Below, in pieces: positions 48,490 through 60,759 of a stretch of 62,308 nt of DNA. The notes beneath the pieces are model-generated. The model did no database searches. It saw only the letters and a list, made by a program, of their open reading frames with translations, and had not been told where the DNA came from. Within the stretch, counting starts at the first letter, position 1; each line of letters opens with the position of its first letter. Location of the stretch: contig BDGG01000025.1 in assembly GCA_001949185.1 (NCBI GenBank), forward strand, positions 1 to 62,308. The letters are read 5' to 3'. The DNA comes from Ramazzottius varieornatus. Its lineage: Eukaryota > Animalia > Tardigrada. Position numbers and translations under genes: made by a program.

Positions 48490-51400
48490 TTGCATGATCT
48501 GGTTTTCTTTGATCTTGCCCGCTTAACCTGTATGATCGTCTTTGCTGTCATTGTGCTTGCATCCCTGTCCTTGTTTTGCTGTCTCCGTAATCGAGTGCGC
48601 CTCTTTGTTGCCCCGATCATGGACACACACGACGGGAAGGAGCTTTTAGCTCAAGATCTCGAGCAACCCGTTGAGCCCACGACAGCTCCGAAAATTTTCA
48701 CGTTCGCTACCGAGATTGCATGCAACGTACTGTATGATCCAGAAACTGCAAATGTCCCATATGAACAGGCACCGAAATGCGCATATACTCCGCCCTCCAC
48801 AACTTCGCTCAAATCTGTCGATCATGAAAGCGGAACGGACATGGGTACTTCGTCGCGAAACCAGCCAGTGGCAGTCTCATGTAACACCACAATCCTCGAT
48901 GTCTTGGCACAAAATGTCACCGAAACCTCCGCAAAAGTGGCGAGTGAGGCGAAGTACCTCGAAATCATAAGCAAGCTCGAAATTAAACCAGCAGCGGCAG
49001 AACAACGTTGCAAGATTGCTACCGAACAACAAACAGTCGTTGCGATGAAAATTGCTGAACTCGAACGTAAGCAGCGTGAGAGCCAGGTGAAAACAGCAGG
49101 GCCTGCAACCAATGCCACAAGTCCGCAAACCGAAAGTCCACGATTTCTGGCTCCCTCATTCCACTCAGTCGCAGCAGATCAGGCCTTTCCTACTAGTGTA
49201 GGATTGAGAAAGCCACAAGGCTCAGGGTCACAGGGCCTTCCACCTGCGTCAGCCACCTCGCAACAGATGGCAAGCAGGCCGTCACAAAACAGACCGATCG
49301 TCAAAAGACATCCGAAATGGCGACTTTAAACGTGGTCAATGCAACTGGGGCGAAAGCTGTAATTTCCTCCATGTTGAATTAATTCATCATATGAACCCCC
49401 ACGAGAAATGTCCCACTCAGCTTGTATACAAAATCGTACACCAGCACAGGGAAATCAGCATTACGAGAGCCGGTACCACAAACGAGGTAACGACTATCAT
49501 CAACCTTACCTTATAGCGCCCGCGTTCAAGACTCGAGTATTCACCCCGACCGCAAAGCACATGACAAACCGTCACCACCGCGATGGTAGTAATATAGCCA
49601 CCCCGGTAAGTGGCAGAGACGCGGCGGTAGTCCCGTGCCGCCATGATATGGTAGGCAGCACAAACCACCCATCGTATACGGCCATTACCGACGGGAGACG
49701 CATCAGTGAAGGTACGAGCACACAGATTTTTGCGGAGCCTCTCACCGTACGTCCGGGTTCCCCATCAAAAAACGTTCATCAGGGGAGCTGGCTCGTTGCT
49801 CGCACAGAAACCCACTCATTTGACTATCGCTCGTTCTTTGACTATGAACATTTTCCTGTATTATCGGTGATTACCCACAACGCAACGATTGGTTCGTGGG
49901 TGAAACGCGGAGGCATCACGGTCGTCTCCAGTAAATATAAGCTCAGGAGGTTCGAACCTCAGTTCTCCGACGAGTTTCCTTCTGACCAGCCAAAGGTCCG
50001 CACCAATTGGGCTGCATTAGCACAGGAGATTGTGGGTCCTCTGACGTCATCATTCGCAGCCGGCCAGTATGACAGCCTGTCAGCGCTGCTTGATGTGGCA
50101 CCAGGCATGGTTGCTCAACTGCGAAGAACATACTCGTATCAGCCACGAGTGTCAATCTGTGACCCGCACTCAGCCTCTCTTCGAAACAGATTGAGCAAGA
50201 GCAAAGAAGCCTACAGAAATACCGGCGATATAAAGGCTCGGGAAGCTTGGGCTGCTAGGATGCGCCGCACAGTGAAGTTCCTGCAAGTAAACGAGCATCT
50301 GACCTCCTTCCGATCCCTGTGACGTTGAAACGGCACAATCTCGGAAGCTTTTGGAATATGTCAAAGGACCCTAATACCGTGAACGCATCACCATTTACTG
50401 TAGAAGAAATTACGCAGCACTTGTCTCAGATAATGGGACAGCCTACCGAAGCACTACTGGTTAACGAATCGGTACTACATCTCTTTCGAACGACAGACAA
50501 TAAGAGCTGCCACGATTGACTGACACTCGACGAGCTCATGGGAGCCATCATGAATATCCAGTCGAAGAGCTCTAGTGGTCCTGACAAGCTTCCTACCGAA
50601 CTCTATAAACAGCTACCGTACCATCGCGATTACCAGGTTTTTATGCTAGCGTGTTTTAATGAGATGCTTCGCTCAGGCCCCGTGCCCGCTGAGTGGCTTT
50701 TGTCCAAGCTCGTGACTATCCCAAAGAAGGGCAAATCCGTCTCATTGAAAAACTTGCGCCCCATATCCATCATGACGCCACCCATGAGAATTTTCATGAA
50801 ACATGTGTGTGGCCGGCTCGTCTCGTACCTTCCCCATGCTGCACAGAAATCTGGGTTCACGGCTGGCAAGTCATGCTCGGAAGTGCGTCTTACATTGCCG
50901 CAGTTGAAACCTCCCTGTCATGCGGAGGCTATTGCGTAACGGTGTTCCTCGACCTTAGGGCTACTTTTGATACCGTAAACCATGGCGCACTCCTGTCGCT
51001 CCTTGAGCTGTCCATGACACCTTTCCCCCTCTGTAAGATCATGAAGTACGTTTACCACAACCCTGCCTGTAGTGTCTTCGCAAACGGCGAGTACGGTGAG
51101 CCTTTCAGACTAACGAAGGGTGTAAAGCAAGGAGACCCAGCGTCAGGTGAGCTTTTTATATTTTATCTTTCGAAACTTCATGACTATGTCAGCCGTGCAG
51201 ACAAGCGGGAATGACCCAGGGCGGTCGTCCAGTATTCCTGGGGGTGTACGGCGACGACATCGTGATTTTTTCGGTCTCAATCGAGCAGGCTCAGCTGACT
51301 ATTGGCCGATTTTGTGAATACATGGAGGCTCTTGGTCTCTGAACGTGCCAAAATGCGCAGTCATGCACAAAAGCAGAACTAAAGCTCGTCTACAATCACT

Positions 51401-52140
51401 TTCGCCTCTCTTGATTTGCGACACGGAAGCTTCGACCGGCCATGTTATATTCAGAGAACGCCTACCCAAACGAGAGAATATGAACCAGGGTTTTACTCGC
51501 TGTCGCAAATCCCTTGTGGGAGTAAGGCGAACCTCGCCTGACCATGGGGTGTATCACACAGCGGGGCTGCTTCCGCTGAGCTTTCAAATTGCCGAGATGA
51601 CCGTACAGTTCTATATAGAAAGCTCGCTCGTCGGTGGACGAGCTTGAAATTTGTGCCTTAAAGCAGATCAATTTGTGCCTTAGCCGACCGTAAGTTACGG
51701 GGAACCATATAGAAACGCTTCTTGCGGCCTGTCTTCAGGCTAAATGACTCAGCCTCTGCTTTAACCACTCTGAGTTCTTCGCATTAGCCAAGAACCAGTT
51801 TGTTGCAGCCATTCACGGAATGGTTGCTCTCTCACCAAAGCTCGACCTTCTTGTGAAAGTTTTTCTTTCCGATGCACTGCCAGGTTGGCTTTCCGACAGT
51901 TCTAAGTTCCCTGTTGGACTGGCGCACACATTGTGCCACGTTCTCTTATCATCGTCCAATCTGCCAGTTGAAACGGGCCGATGGGGATCATCCACCACTC
52001 GCGTTCACCGGGAAGACCGGAAGTGCCGTCTCTGCTTAGTCGGAATCGAGAACATTTGGGTACTGTCGAGTAGAAACCCTAAATCATCCGAAAATTCCGA
52101 AATGTGCTTTTCTCAGCCTATCTTGTAGAGAAAAAAACGC
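48490..52140 (+). mobile_element. Decayed non-LTR retrotransposon (LINE): coiled-coil ORF1, then endonuclease/RT ORF2
   Basis: RT motifs SSGPDKLP, W..SKLVTIPKKG..LRPISI, QKSGFTAGKSC, VFLDLRATFDTVNH, GVKQGDPAS..LF and YGDD (51247), with C-terminal REDRKCRLC..IEN. Many frameshifts and an A-rich end near 52130. Confidence 0.88.
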
Positions 52141-53372
52141 TGCATCGAACGGCCGCATACAAAGAAGCCGGCAAAAAAACGTTGAAATTTCGTTGCCCTT
52201 GGGAAGAAAAAAAACACCTCTGAATGACACTGTTTTTGTCTAAAATTATGCAAATGTGGAGAATTTTGATTTTTATTAATTAAGAACTGCTGCGTCTCAA
52301 GTATTCATGGCTGTTCACATTCAATGCCATAAGCAGCGCAGTTGATGAACATTCAACCCGTCTGTACTGGGAGTTGGCCAACAAAGAGGTGTACATGAGA
52401 CCAGCCAGAGTAAGTAAAGCTGAACAGAGACAGACAGAGTACTGTAGAAAATACGGCTTGAACGTGTATACTGCTTGAACAAAGGTTAGGCATATTCGGC
52501 CGAGCACGCAGAGCGATCGTCACTAGTGATTCCCGGTGGTTGAGGCTATCCTTATCGAGGCACAAGACGAAGCAGATGCCTGCAAGAGTGCCACCAGAAT
52601 TATTATAGCGAAAGCGATAAGAATTATACACGTAGTTGCAGAACGCATAAAGCAGGCACGTGCCTTCGATCACCATTAGAACGACCACAGCGCCGACAGC
52701 AATCTTGAGGTCGTGGATCTCTTCTTCCATTGGAACCTTTTCCTTGTAGCACTTGTGGTCCATGGCTTCGTAAAAGTCCTTCGCGTACTCGACAATTTGG
52801 ACATCGGACTATTCGTGGGAGAATTGCTTGGTCACGTGGTAGTTATGCACAACCTACAAATGTATCCATATAGAGATGCAGTCCAAAAAATTCAATCAAT
52901 GGTTTACGCGAGGAAAACTACTAATTTTCAGTCAAGGGCCTTTACTCACGTCTCGAATTTCCTCGACAAAGGGCGCGACATGGGGCAGCACAGCTGGAAG
53001 TAATCCTTGGACAGTGCCTGAGGAGTGGTCCCAGAATGGCGTCCGTGGGAGCAGCGAGCATGAAGAAGCAAACAAACGCGGCTTTGAACATTTTGCGACT
53101 TATCTTTTATCGGTCACTAGCCGGTGGTCAACCCCTCTGGAACTGAGCGCTTGTGGAACAGATCTTCCTTCGTCAGTGTCTTAATGCCACATGCTGTTAT
53201 CTATCATCCCGCAAAGTAGATAATTGAAACGAGAATGTTTAGCATACGGGTACAGATGGTCAGAACGACTGAAATTCCAAGCAGGAAAGTTCGATACGAA
53301 GGAAAACAAGATTAGACCACGCAAATTCCAAAAAAGAATGTACCGTGGTTTCAGATTTTACGTAACGACAGA

Positions 53373-56000
53373 ATGGTGGATGATAATTTGTTGACTCACT
53401 TTCACAAGCAAACCATTCAAATCAACAAAAATTATCCTCATGAATGTGAATACTGTGGCGAGATTATCGGGACTCCAAAGACAGATCGGCTAACTGCGCA
53501 TCTCAAGTTCTGCAAAAAAGTACCACCAAGCGTCCAGATCAACCCAACCGGCATGCGCTATGGAAGCATTAATGTAGCTGTAGCACCGCAAGCATATCCT
53601 GCAGGGGAAGAAGAAGAATCGGACGGTGATACTGGTACGTTTATACGAGCGGATGCTTGTCACAAAGGCTTCCTGAGCATTTTATACGCCCATCTTGTAC
53701 TCGAGTTGCAAAACATCAATTAAGGAATTCGGGGTATTTACGATGGTATGTGAAAGAGTCTGATGTTCACAGAGGATGAAGACGACCAAGATCCGAGTGA
53801 ACCACTAATTACAACACCGCTTTGCACTCCGGCTTTTCCCGATATGGAGTTCTCCACGGACACTTTTCATGCCGTTGATGGCCCATTGGCGGCCAGTGAA
53901 CATGTCAACCAAACTATAACCATGTACGACATGGAGGACGGAAATGGAATAACAATGGAGGACTCGTATGACCATATCTACAACGAAGACCTGGAACGCT
54001 GAATAATGGCCGAACAGGTCCCGGGTCGCATCGGATTATTTGAATTTGCAACTGAACGCACCTAGGAACATCAACGTTCTCAGCCTAGCATTTAATTATG
54101 CCAATCGTTAACTGAGTTATGTGCAACAGGCTGGACGTCGCGGAAAAAGAGTAGAGAAGTGGAATGGGGAGAAGGAAGACTCCGAATACGAAACGTTCAA
54201 GCAGCATCACCAATGCAACAAAGATTGTAGCAAGCTGACCAAAGAACAATGCATCAATCGCCGTCCCAGCCTGTTTGACCTGGGCCGTAATGAACGCTTC
54301 GCCGTCCTGATCGGCTTCCTCATCAATGAATTCCTAAGGGATAAAACTGAAGATGATCCTCGCGAAGCCAAGAATCATTTTGCGTACGGAATTGACCTCT
54401 TCCGTGGTGGCTTCAAGTACGTAAACAATATCAGAGACTCTCGACTGTGTTGGAAACGGAGGTTTCCATTTGCGCTAACACAGCCACATTGGTCAAAAAA
54501 TCACGTTAAAAGCGGAAACGTCCCTATGGATTGTTAACTTCCTCCTGGAAAAGACGTCGCTTTTCTGACTGCCCATGCCAACGCCGACAAGAGCTGCCAT
54601 TCAACTTCTCTTCATCTACCTACCTTCGGACTTCAGCATAACTTCCTTGTTTGACATGTTCTGTAAGAAACACGGAACTCCAAACGAAGACGGTACGATA
54701 AAACAGCCATTTTCAAGAAGCAAATTTTGCTTGGTGTGGCACAGACTGGTCGGACACGTGAAAATCCCCGGACTACGGACTGACTTGTGTGGTACTTGTG
54801 ACCAACTGATCAGCCAGATTTACAATGGCAGCCGCATGGGCACGGTTGTGGACGATCTGCGACAGCGATGGGACGCTCACCGGAAGCACATCAAGGCATA
54901 CGAGCTGCGTATAAGGCTCGCATTGTAGCCAGCAAGGAGCTCTATGCAAAGCACATCACGTCCGACAACCAGCAGTTCCCTCCCGGTGTGAAGGGAACGC
55001 GTGTCATCACATTTGATTTCGCGCAGAGCGTTGCCCTGCCATACGGATCAAGCTGGTCCTTCTTATTTCAAGGTAAGAGCGATAACCTTAACAATAACAT
55101 AAGAGCAATAACATAATAATTCCAGTTTTTACAGACTCTCCCAAAAATGGCACTTTTCGAGCTCGTCGATGAACCGAGGTCCAAGAGCCATTTCTTTCTG
55201 ATGGACGAAGGGGTACAATAGGGCAGAATGGCACGGGAACCCACGGACCAGACTCTGTGATTTCCGTGGTGGACTATTACCTCTCACAAAATCATAACGG
55301 GGAAGAAAAGCTGATTACGTACTGCGACAACTGCGGTACGTATTTTATAACAATTATTCCAGTACTATTTCTACGTCTCACGGAAGACTATCCATTCACA
55401 GGCGGCCAGAACAAGAATCGGTTCTTGATCGGACACTCTGCTTATTTGATCAACAGTGGCAGGAAGTAGTTCATTAGGAAGTAGTTCATTTCCTACCCGT
55501 TGGACATACCAAATTTTGCCCTGATGCGCTTTTCGGGCTGGTCATGCTTGTGTTTCGACATCTGAATCTGGACTTACCCAACGAGCTACGTGAAAGGGTC
55601 GGTCAACAGGTGAAGCACTCTTTGACGTATATAAAAGGCGAAGCACCGTTCAGCTGGGAGTGGTTTAACTGGAAGGCGTACCTCGAACCCCGTTACGACG
55701 AAGTGAAGGGCATACAGGGATCATTGTGAAAGAATTTATCAAATTTTCTATTTCTCCTGCTCCTCCACTTTTTCCATCATCTTCTTGGACAGCTGTTTCA
55801 TCTCGCCTTACTTCCATGCTTCCATGCTAGTCCGAACTGCAGTCACGTTAGATAAAGGTCTTCAAGCTGCAAACTCAGAAGATCGAGTGCAACCATTATC
55901 CAAGCTCCTCAATACCATCCGGCTTGCCATCACCACAGCTTGAGACTCAACCCGAAGGCCATACAAGACTTTCAGGTACATTTTGTACCCTATGGTACTT
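53373..56000 (+). mobile_element. Decayed Sola1-like DDD transposase (intron-containing) with an upstream zinc-finger-like ORF
   Basis: LPSDFSITSLFDMF, F..VW..LRTDLCGTCD, ITFDFAQSVALP, VISVVDYYL, YCDNC|GGQNKN, FLPVGHTKFCPDALFGL, FNWKAYL. Upstream CEYC..LTAHLKFC. Confidence 0.75.
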
Positions 56001-56069
56001 TGGCCAGAGTCTCTATAAGCTCCATGAATTGCTCTGCCTTCTGCGATATTCTCTTTCAGGTCTGTCGAG

Positions 56070-57466
56070 ATGCCTGTACCTCAGTTTACGGGACAAGAAG
56101 GAAAGAAACTTGTAATCCGTTACGCGAATGTTAATGGAATCAGGAGCAAGAGCGATGAAGTGATGAGATGGATGGAAGATGGGAAGGCGGACGTCGTTGC
56201 GCTGGTCGAAACTATGGCAGAACCATCTATAGCTGAGTGCAGTTTCTGCCACCCTGCCTTCTACAAATTCGAGCGTCTGGATCGAGATGGCTGCCAGAAA
56301 AGTACAGGAGGTGGAGTAGCTATTGTCATCAGGAAAGAGTTCCAAATTAGGAGGATGGTAGAGTACGAAGTGGTTGGGCTAGAGGTTCTTTGGGTTAAAG
56401 TGATTGCTCTGCCCATGAACTTGCTCATTGGAGTCGTCTACGCGCCAGGCTACGACAGCGAAGACTTCAGTAAGCTTGGCACCTCGATGGAACGGATTCC
56501 TCCACATCTGACACGGAACATCCTTATGCTGGGCGATTTCAACTGCCCCAACATCTCCTGGTCAGACAAAGCTAGTAGATCCTCGGAAAGAGAACGAGAC
56601 CTGTTGTCGCTACAGAGTGAATTTCGTCTACGGCAGAAAGTTAGGCAGATCACCAGAGAACGAGGGAAAAGCTGTCCATCGCTGGTCCTTGTCTTCGTTT
56701 CGCAGCTCGGTCTCATATGCGACGCGAGGACCATCAAGCCTGCTGCAGCAACCAACGATCACCATGGGCTTCAGTTCTTTCTGATGTCGATGACTCCGAA
56801 AATAGTGGAAAGTGGGTGACGTCACATCTACTGAGTTCCGCAGAATGCTGGTTTCGGTTGATTGGAACGGGGTGTTTGATGTACAGTGTAACTCTGACAG
56901 TGCGGTTTCTGTCTTTCAGGAGAAGTTTCTTCCAGCTGCGTCAAGCTGCTTCCAGCTCAAGACGGTTGGCTCCCGACGCCTTCTTCGTCCCTCCCTTTCG
57001 GCTACGGTAGTTGAGTACCTACGAAAGTGCAGAGGCGTATATCAAAAATGGCGAAGGACAGAGGACCCAGCTGATCAGACAGCGTGGAAAGCATTGGAAG
57101 CGCAGAAGAAGAGGTTGATCCTCCGAGACAAGCATCGTCGACTCAGAAACATTGCCACATCCTCCAGAAGAAATCCAACCGCAGTCTGGAAGTATGTTAA
57201 GAAGAACACCGTCTGCAGTCCGATCCCACCGATTCCTGTTCCAGGCAGCGATGATCGATATCTGGTCTATCCGCAAGATAAGGCCGAATTCATCAGCAAG
57301 ACCCTCGCCGATGAGTATGTCGACTGCTCCGTCCACTGCAAGGCCCACCTGCCACCTCTGCCTGTCTGTCTCATGGAGCCTGCAATTTCGCCCCGATGTC
57401 TAGACCTGCTGATAACGACTATTGCCATCCATGCCATCATCAAGAAGTTGGACGTCAACAAAGCTT
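56070..57466 (+). mobile_element. CR1/L2-like LINE fragment: APE endonuclease and linker, cut just before the RT
   Basis: YANVNGIRSK, DVVALVET, RLDR..GGGVAI, EVLWVKV, LIGVVYAP, MLGDFNCPNISW, NDHHGL, VWKYVK, DKAEFI, ending at IKKLDVNKAS. Confidence 0.88.
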
Positions 57467-58556
57467 CGGAAGATTCGGAAGACGAAAGCAATGGGGGACT
57501 CGACGAGGAATAATTACAAATGTATCACCTCAACTCCTCACTGTCACACTTCAACCTTTTATGGTATTTTGTGTCTGTTTTGAAAGTTCTCATTCGCGTT
57601 TTCAAACGTGATCGCAATTCTAGTGTTCAGTTTCAAAGCATATTTCAGTTTCATTTTAGAATATTGCGTTTTCGAAATTTTCATTTTCTCACCCTTGGTT
57701 GCCCCGTCGACATCTTCCGTTTCATAATTCTGATGAAATTTCTGTGAAGCGCGATAGAAAGCTCTTGAGTTGCTCTATCGCATCGTACAGAAACCCTCGG
57801 ATCGCCCTCAGGTGCCCAGACACAAAAAGTCGATTCCTGAACAGTTGGAAAAACTTCATGATTTAGGGTTTCTACTTGACACTACCCTGAATCATAAAAT
57901 ATATCGAGGGGTGTGGAGGGAAAATTCACTTTTCTTGGTGACGTCATGCGAAACCAAATTAACTCCTTTTCTAATACGCTAGTCTCAAACAACAAGGATT
58001 GTTACTGACGGACCGGATTCTTTCAAACAACTGACCATAAAATCTGAATACGGTGACGAAATTTAGAATAACTGTAAATGTCGACAGTTTCATTCTTCCT
58101 CAGAGTGGGTAATCAAGCTATTGCCGTTGTGTTGTTATATGACGAGACGATAATTACTCTCGCTTTTCGAGCTTTTGAATTGGAATTTTCCACTTGATTA
58201 CGCGATTCCGGCAGCACAGTGTACAGTAGGCCACACGCTTGAAGAGCAGCATTATAGGGGGAGATGTCCAACATCAATTTGACTTTCTTAATAGGACGAT
58301 CCTTCCTTTGCTCGGCATCCAGCAGATATATAAACCAGGGCGATACCACCAGCTGCAGCTCTTAGTTGCTGTCCGAAACGACGGGAACTATGTCGGGGCT
58401 GGACGATCCTTGGTAGACTGGGTGGGAATTAACCACCCCACAGTTTACGACCCTCTAGCCTGGCCAAATTCATGGCCACTGAGCCCGCGTAGTGTCTTTT
58501 TGTATGCTGGAGATCCCTTCCACCTGACGGATTTACTGATGCGTGTTTTATCCTTT

Positions 58557-58870
58557 TGTGAGGAGCATCGGGCGCGGCAGGCTAATTTAACTGGCCGGAC
58601 CCATGGTTTGGTCCGGCCCTTCTTACTTTAGTATTGAGTTAGCTTGGCTTGGCAGCGTCAGGCCTTGGGCCGAACGTCGGGTAGTTTTTGTGTGGTCGTT
58701 TTTGCATAGCTTGGAGTAATACAGCTCTGTCGTCGACTACGGTCTCGTGTGGCGCGTTCTTGGAATTAATTTGGTAACTCGAGATCAGGGAAAGTCCGGA
58801 GCTAGGTTAGATTTAGCGAAGTCTAGCCTAGCGTGTTGTGGCGTCCTGTAGCGAGACTAGGAGCTTCACA
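58557..58870 (+). mobile_element. Solo LTR (TG...CA, 4-bp TSD CTTT)
   Basis: TGTGAGGAGC...GAGCTTCACA flanked by cttt on both sides. Same family as 13472-13789. Confidence 0.9.
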
Positions 58871-59589
58871 CTTTCAGCATCCAATTCCAGGTAGAAGGGA
58901 TCTCCAGCGAACGCACGAAGAACGGGATCGACCAAGTTAAGGTCGAGTACCGGGTATGCTACCGATACCTGGCACGCCAAGGCCGATCTGCAATCTCTGG
59001 TGGATGAGGTCCAAGCGTACCGGGTATCGGTTGCTGAGGATACAGCCGGGAAGCTTGCCGATTTGGAACGGGAGCGGCTAAGCTTAGACCACAAGATTGC
59101 GGTCCAGCGGCAGAAGGCCACTGCGGCCACGGCCATCACCAACGCCCAATGAGCCTCCCGGCAGAACCTTCTTTTATGTCTTGGGACCACACTGTTTTTC
59201 CACTATTTTTGTTCGTGGACAAAGCCTGATGAAAAACAAGTAAAAGAACTGATCTACTCGCGCATGATATCACGAAATACCCTGTAAACTGTAGGTCATG
59301 CGGTTACGAAGTGCGCGACTTAGTACACTCACTCTAATATCGGAAATTTTGCAAATGTCGCGTGCAGCCTGCCGCCATTCGGCGAAATAGGCAGTTTTAT
59401 CGTCGCCGTGCGGCCATCCCCTTCGGAAACAGAAGACCTGGTGTTCGAACGTTGTTTGAACGCAAATTTTTCAAGACTGAAGATGGTTAACAAATTGATT
59501 GATCGATCGCCGCTGTTTGACTTAGGCTGGACTTCGTATCGCAAAGCCATCCTGTGTTACGATATTTCACTGAGTAAATGACCCATCCG

Positions 59590-60267
59590 TCGCTGCTTTC
59601 GAGTTTCGACTTTCCTTGGCGTCGTGATTCGGGTGTTTGTGTGTCCTTCCTGCTTCCCCTCTGAACGGGATCTCTCTCTGGAATACTCGCAAACGTATGT
59701 ACTTCAGTTTTTCCTCAAAACCAGCCTGTTCCGATGCAAGCTATGTTTGTGGATGACGTTGCTTGGATCCCCACCTACAGGCTTTGTTGCTGACCTAAAT
59801 TTCGGAAGCTTCTGCCACCATGTCCAGTACTCGAAGCTCATACGAGCTTATGGATTTGGCGTTCCGTAACCGGGGTAGGTCAGCGATCAGCTTTTGACTG
59901 TATCGTGACTTACCCACAAGAATATTTTTGCAGTAACGCGGGTGGCCAGGAGCACTACACCCGCCGTCTTCTCTGCTCGTACACCACCCACGACAATGAC
60001 TACTCCGATCACAACCACTACCACCACCACAGCCACCACGACCACTACAGTACTCCTCCCGGAGCGGACAACGCCAGCTCCGTGGTCACATTCGACCCGG
60101 TTGGAGTGATTAACACCACATTCAGCCCCATCACGCCGACAGTTATGTCGACAACGACTCCAGCTGACGAGCGAGGCCTCGCTCCCTTGATGTGGATGGC
60201 TCTGGGTGGACTACTGGCCGTGCTGTTCTACTTTCTGGGCTGGCTCTTCAGAAAGCTGTGTGACTAA
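59590..60267 (+). pseudogene. Possible decayed Thr-rich (mucin-like) single-pass membrane protein
   Basis: Thr-rich tract TPPTTMTTPITTTTTTTATTTTT in one frame and TM LMWMALGGLLAVLFYFLGWLF-RK in another. Candidate GT-AG introns upstream. Confidence 0.35.
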
Positions 60268-60759
60268 CGTTGCCTTGTGCAGTAGCTAGTGATAGCTGTA
60301 ACCGAACACGAGTGCACGTTTATCGTCGCCTACCGTGAAACTAGCCATAGTTGTAACCAAAAACGTGAGCACGTCTATAACGTGGCCATACGTTGCTACC
60401 TGTAAGCCACCGTGGTAATTTGGTTTCGCGCGCACGTCTCCGGTCGACTTGCGGAATCATAGCGCTCATCGCACGCAATAGCAATACTTTCATTGTCCTG
60501 CTAGCTGTGTCTTACTTTCCTATTAGCACTGTCTTACTAAGATTGAGAGAAGATCACACCAAAGTACCAAAGTAAGAGGTGTGAAAGGGCGTAAGATGGC
60601 GGTGCAAACACAAGACAAGGCCGAAGATAATACCAAGATGGCGCACGGCTTGGTATGCTTTGCCTTCACGCGACTTTGTCTTCATGCAAGACTGCACATT
60701 GCCTCCAAGGTGACACATACGCAGTGAATCACGTGACAGCGTGACGGCTCGGTTGTGAA

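Noticed and set aside
59905-60267. His-rich peptide (DHNHYHHHSHHDHY) in the ORF track
   Set aside because: More likely an off-frame reading of an ACC-rich Thr tract than a metal-binding domain.
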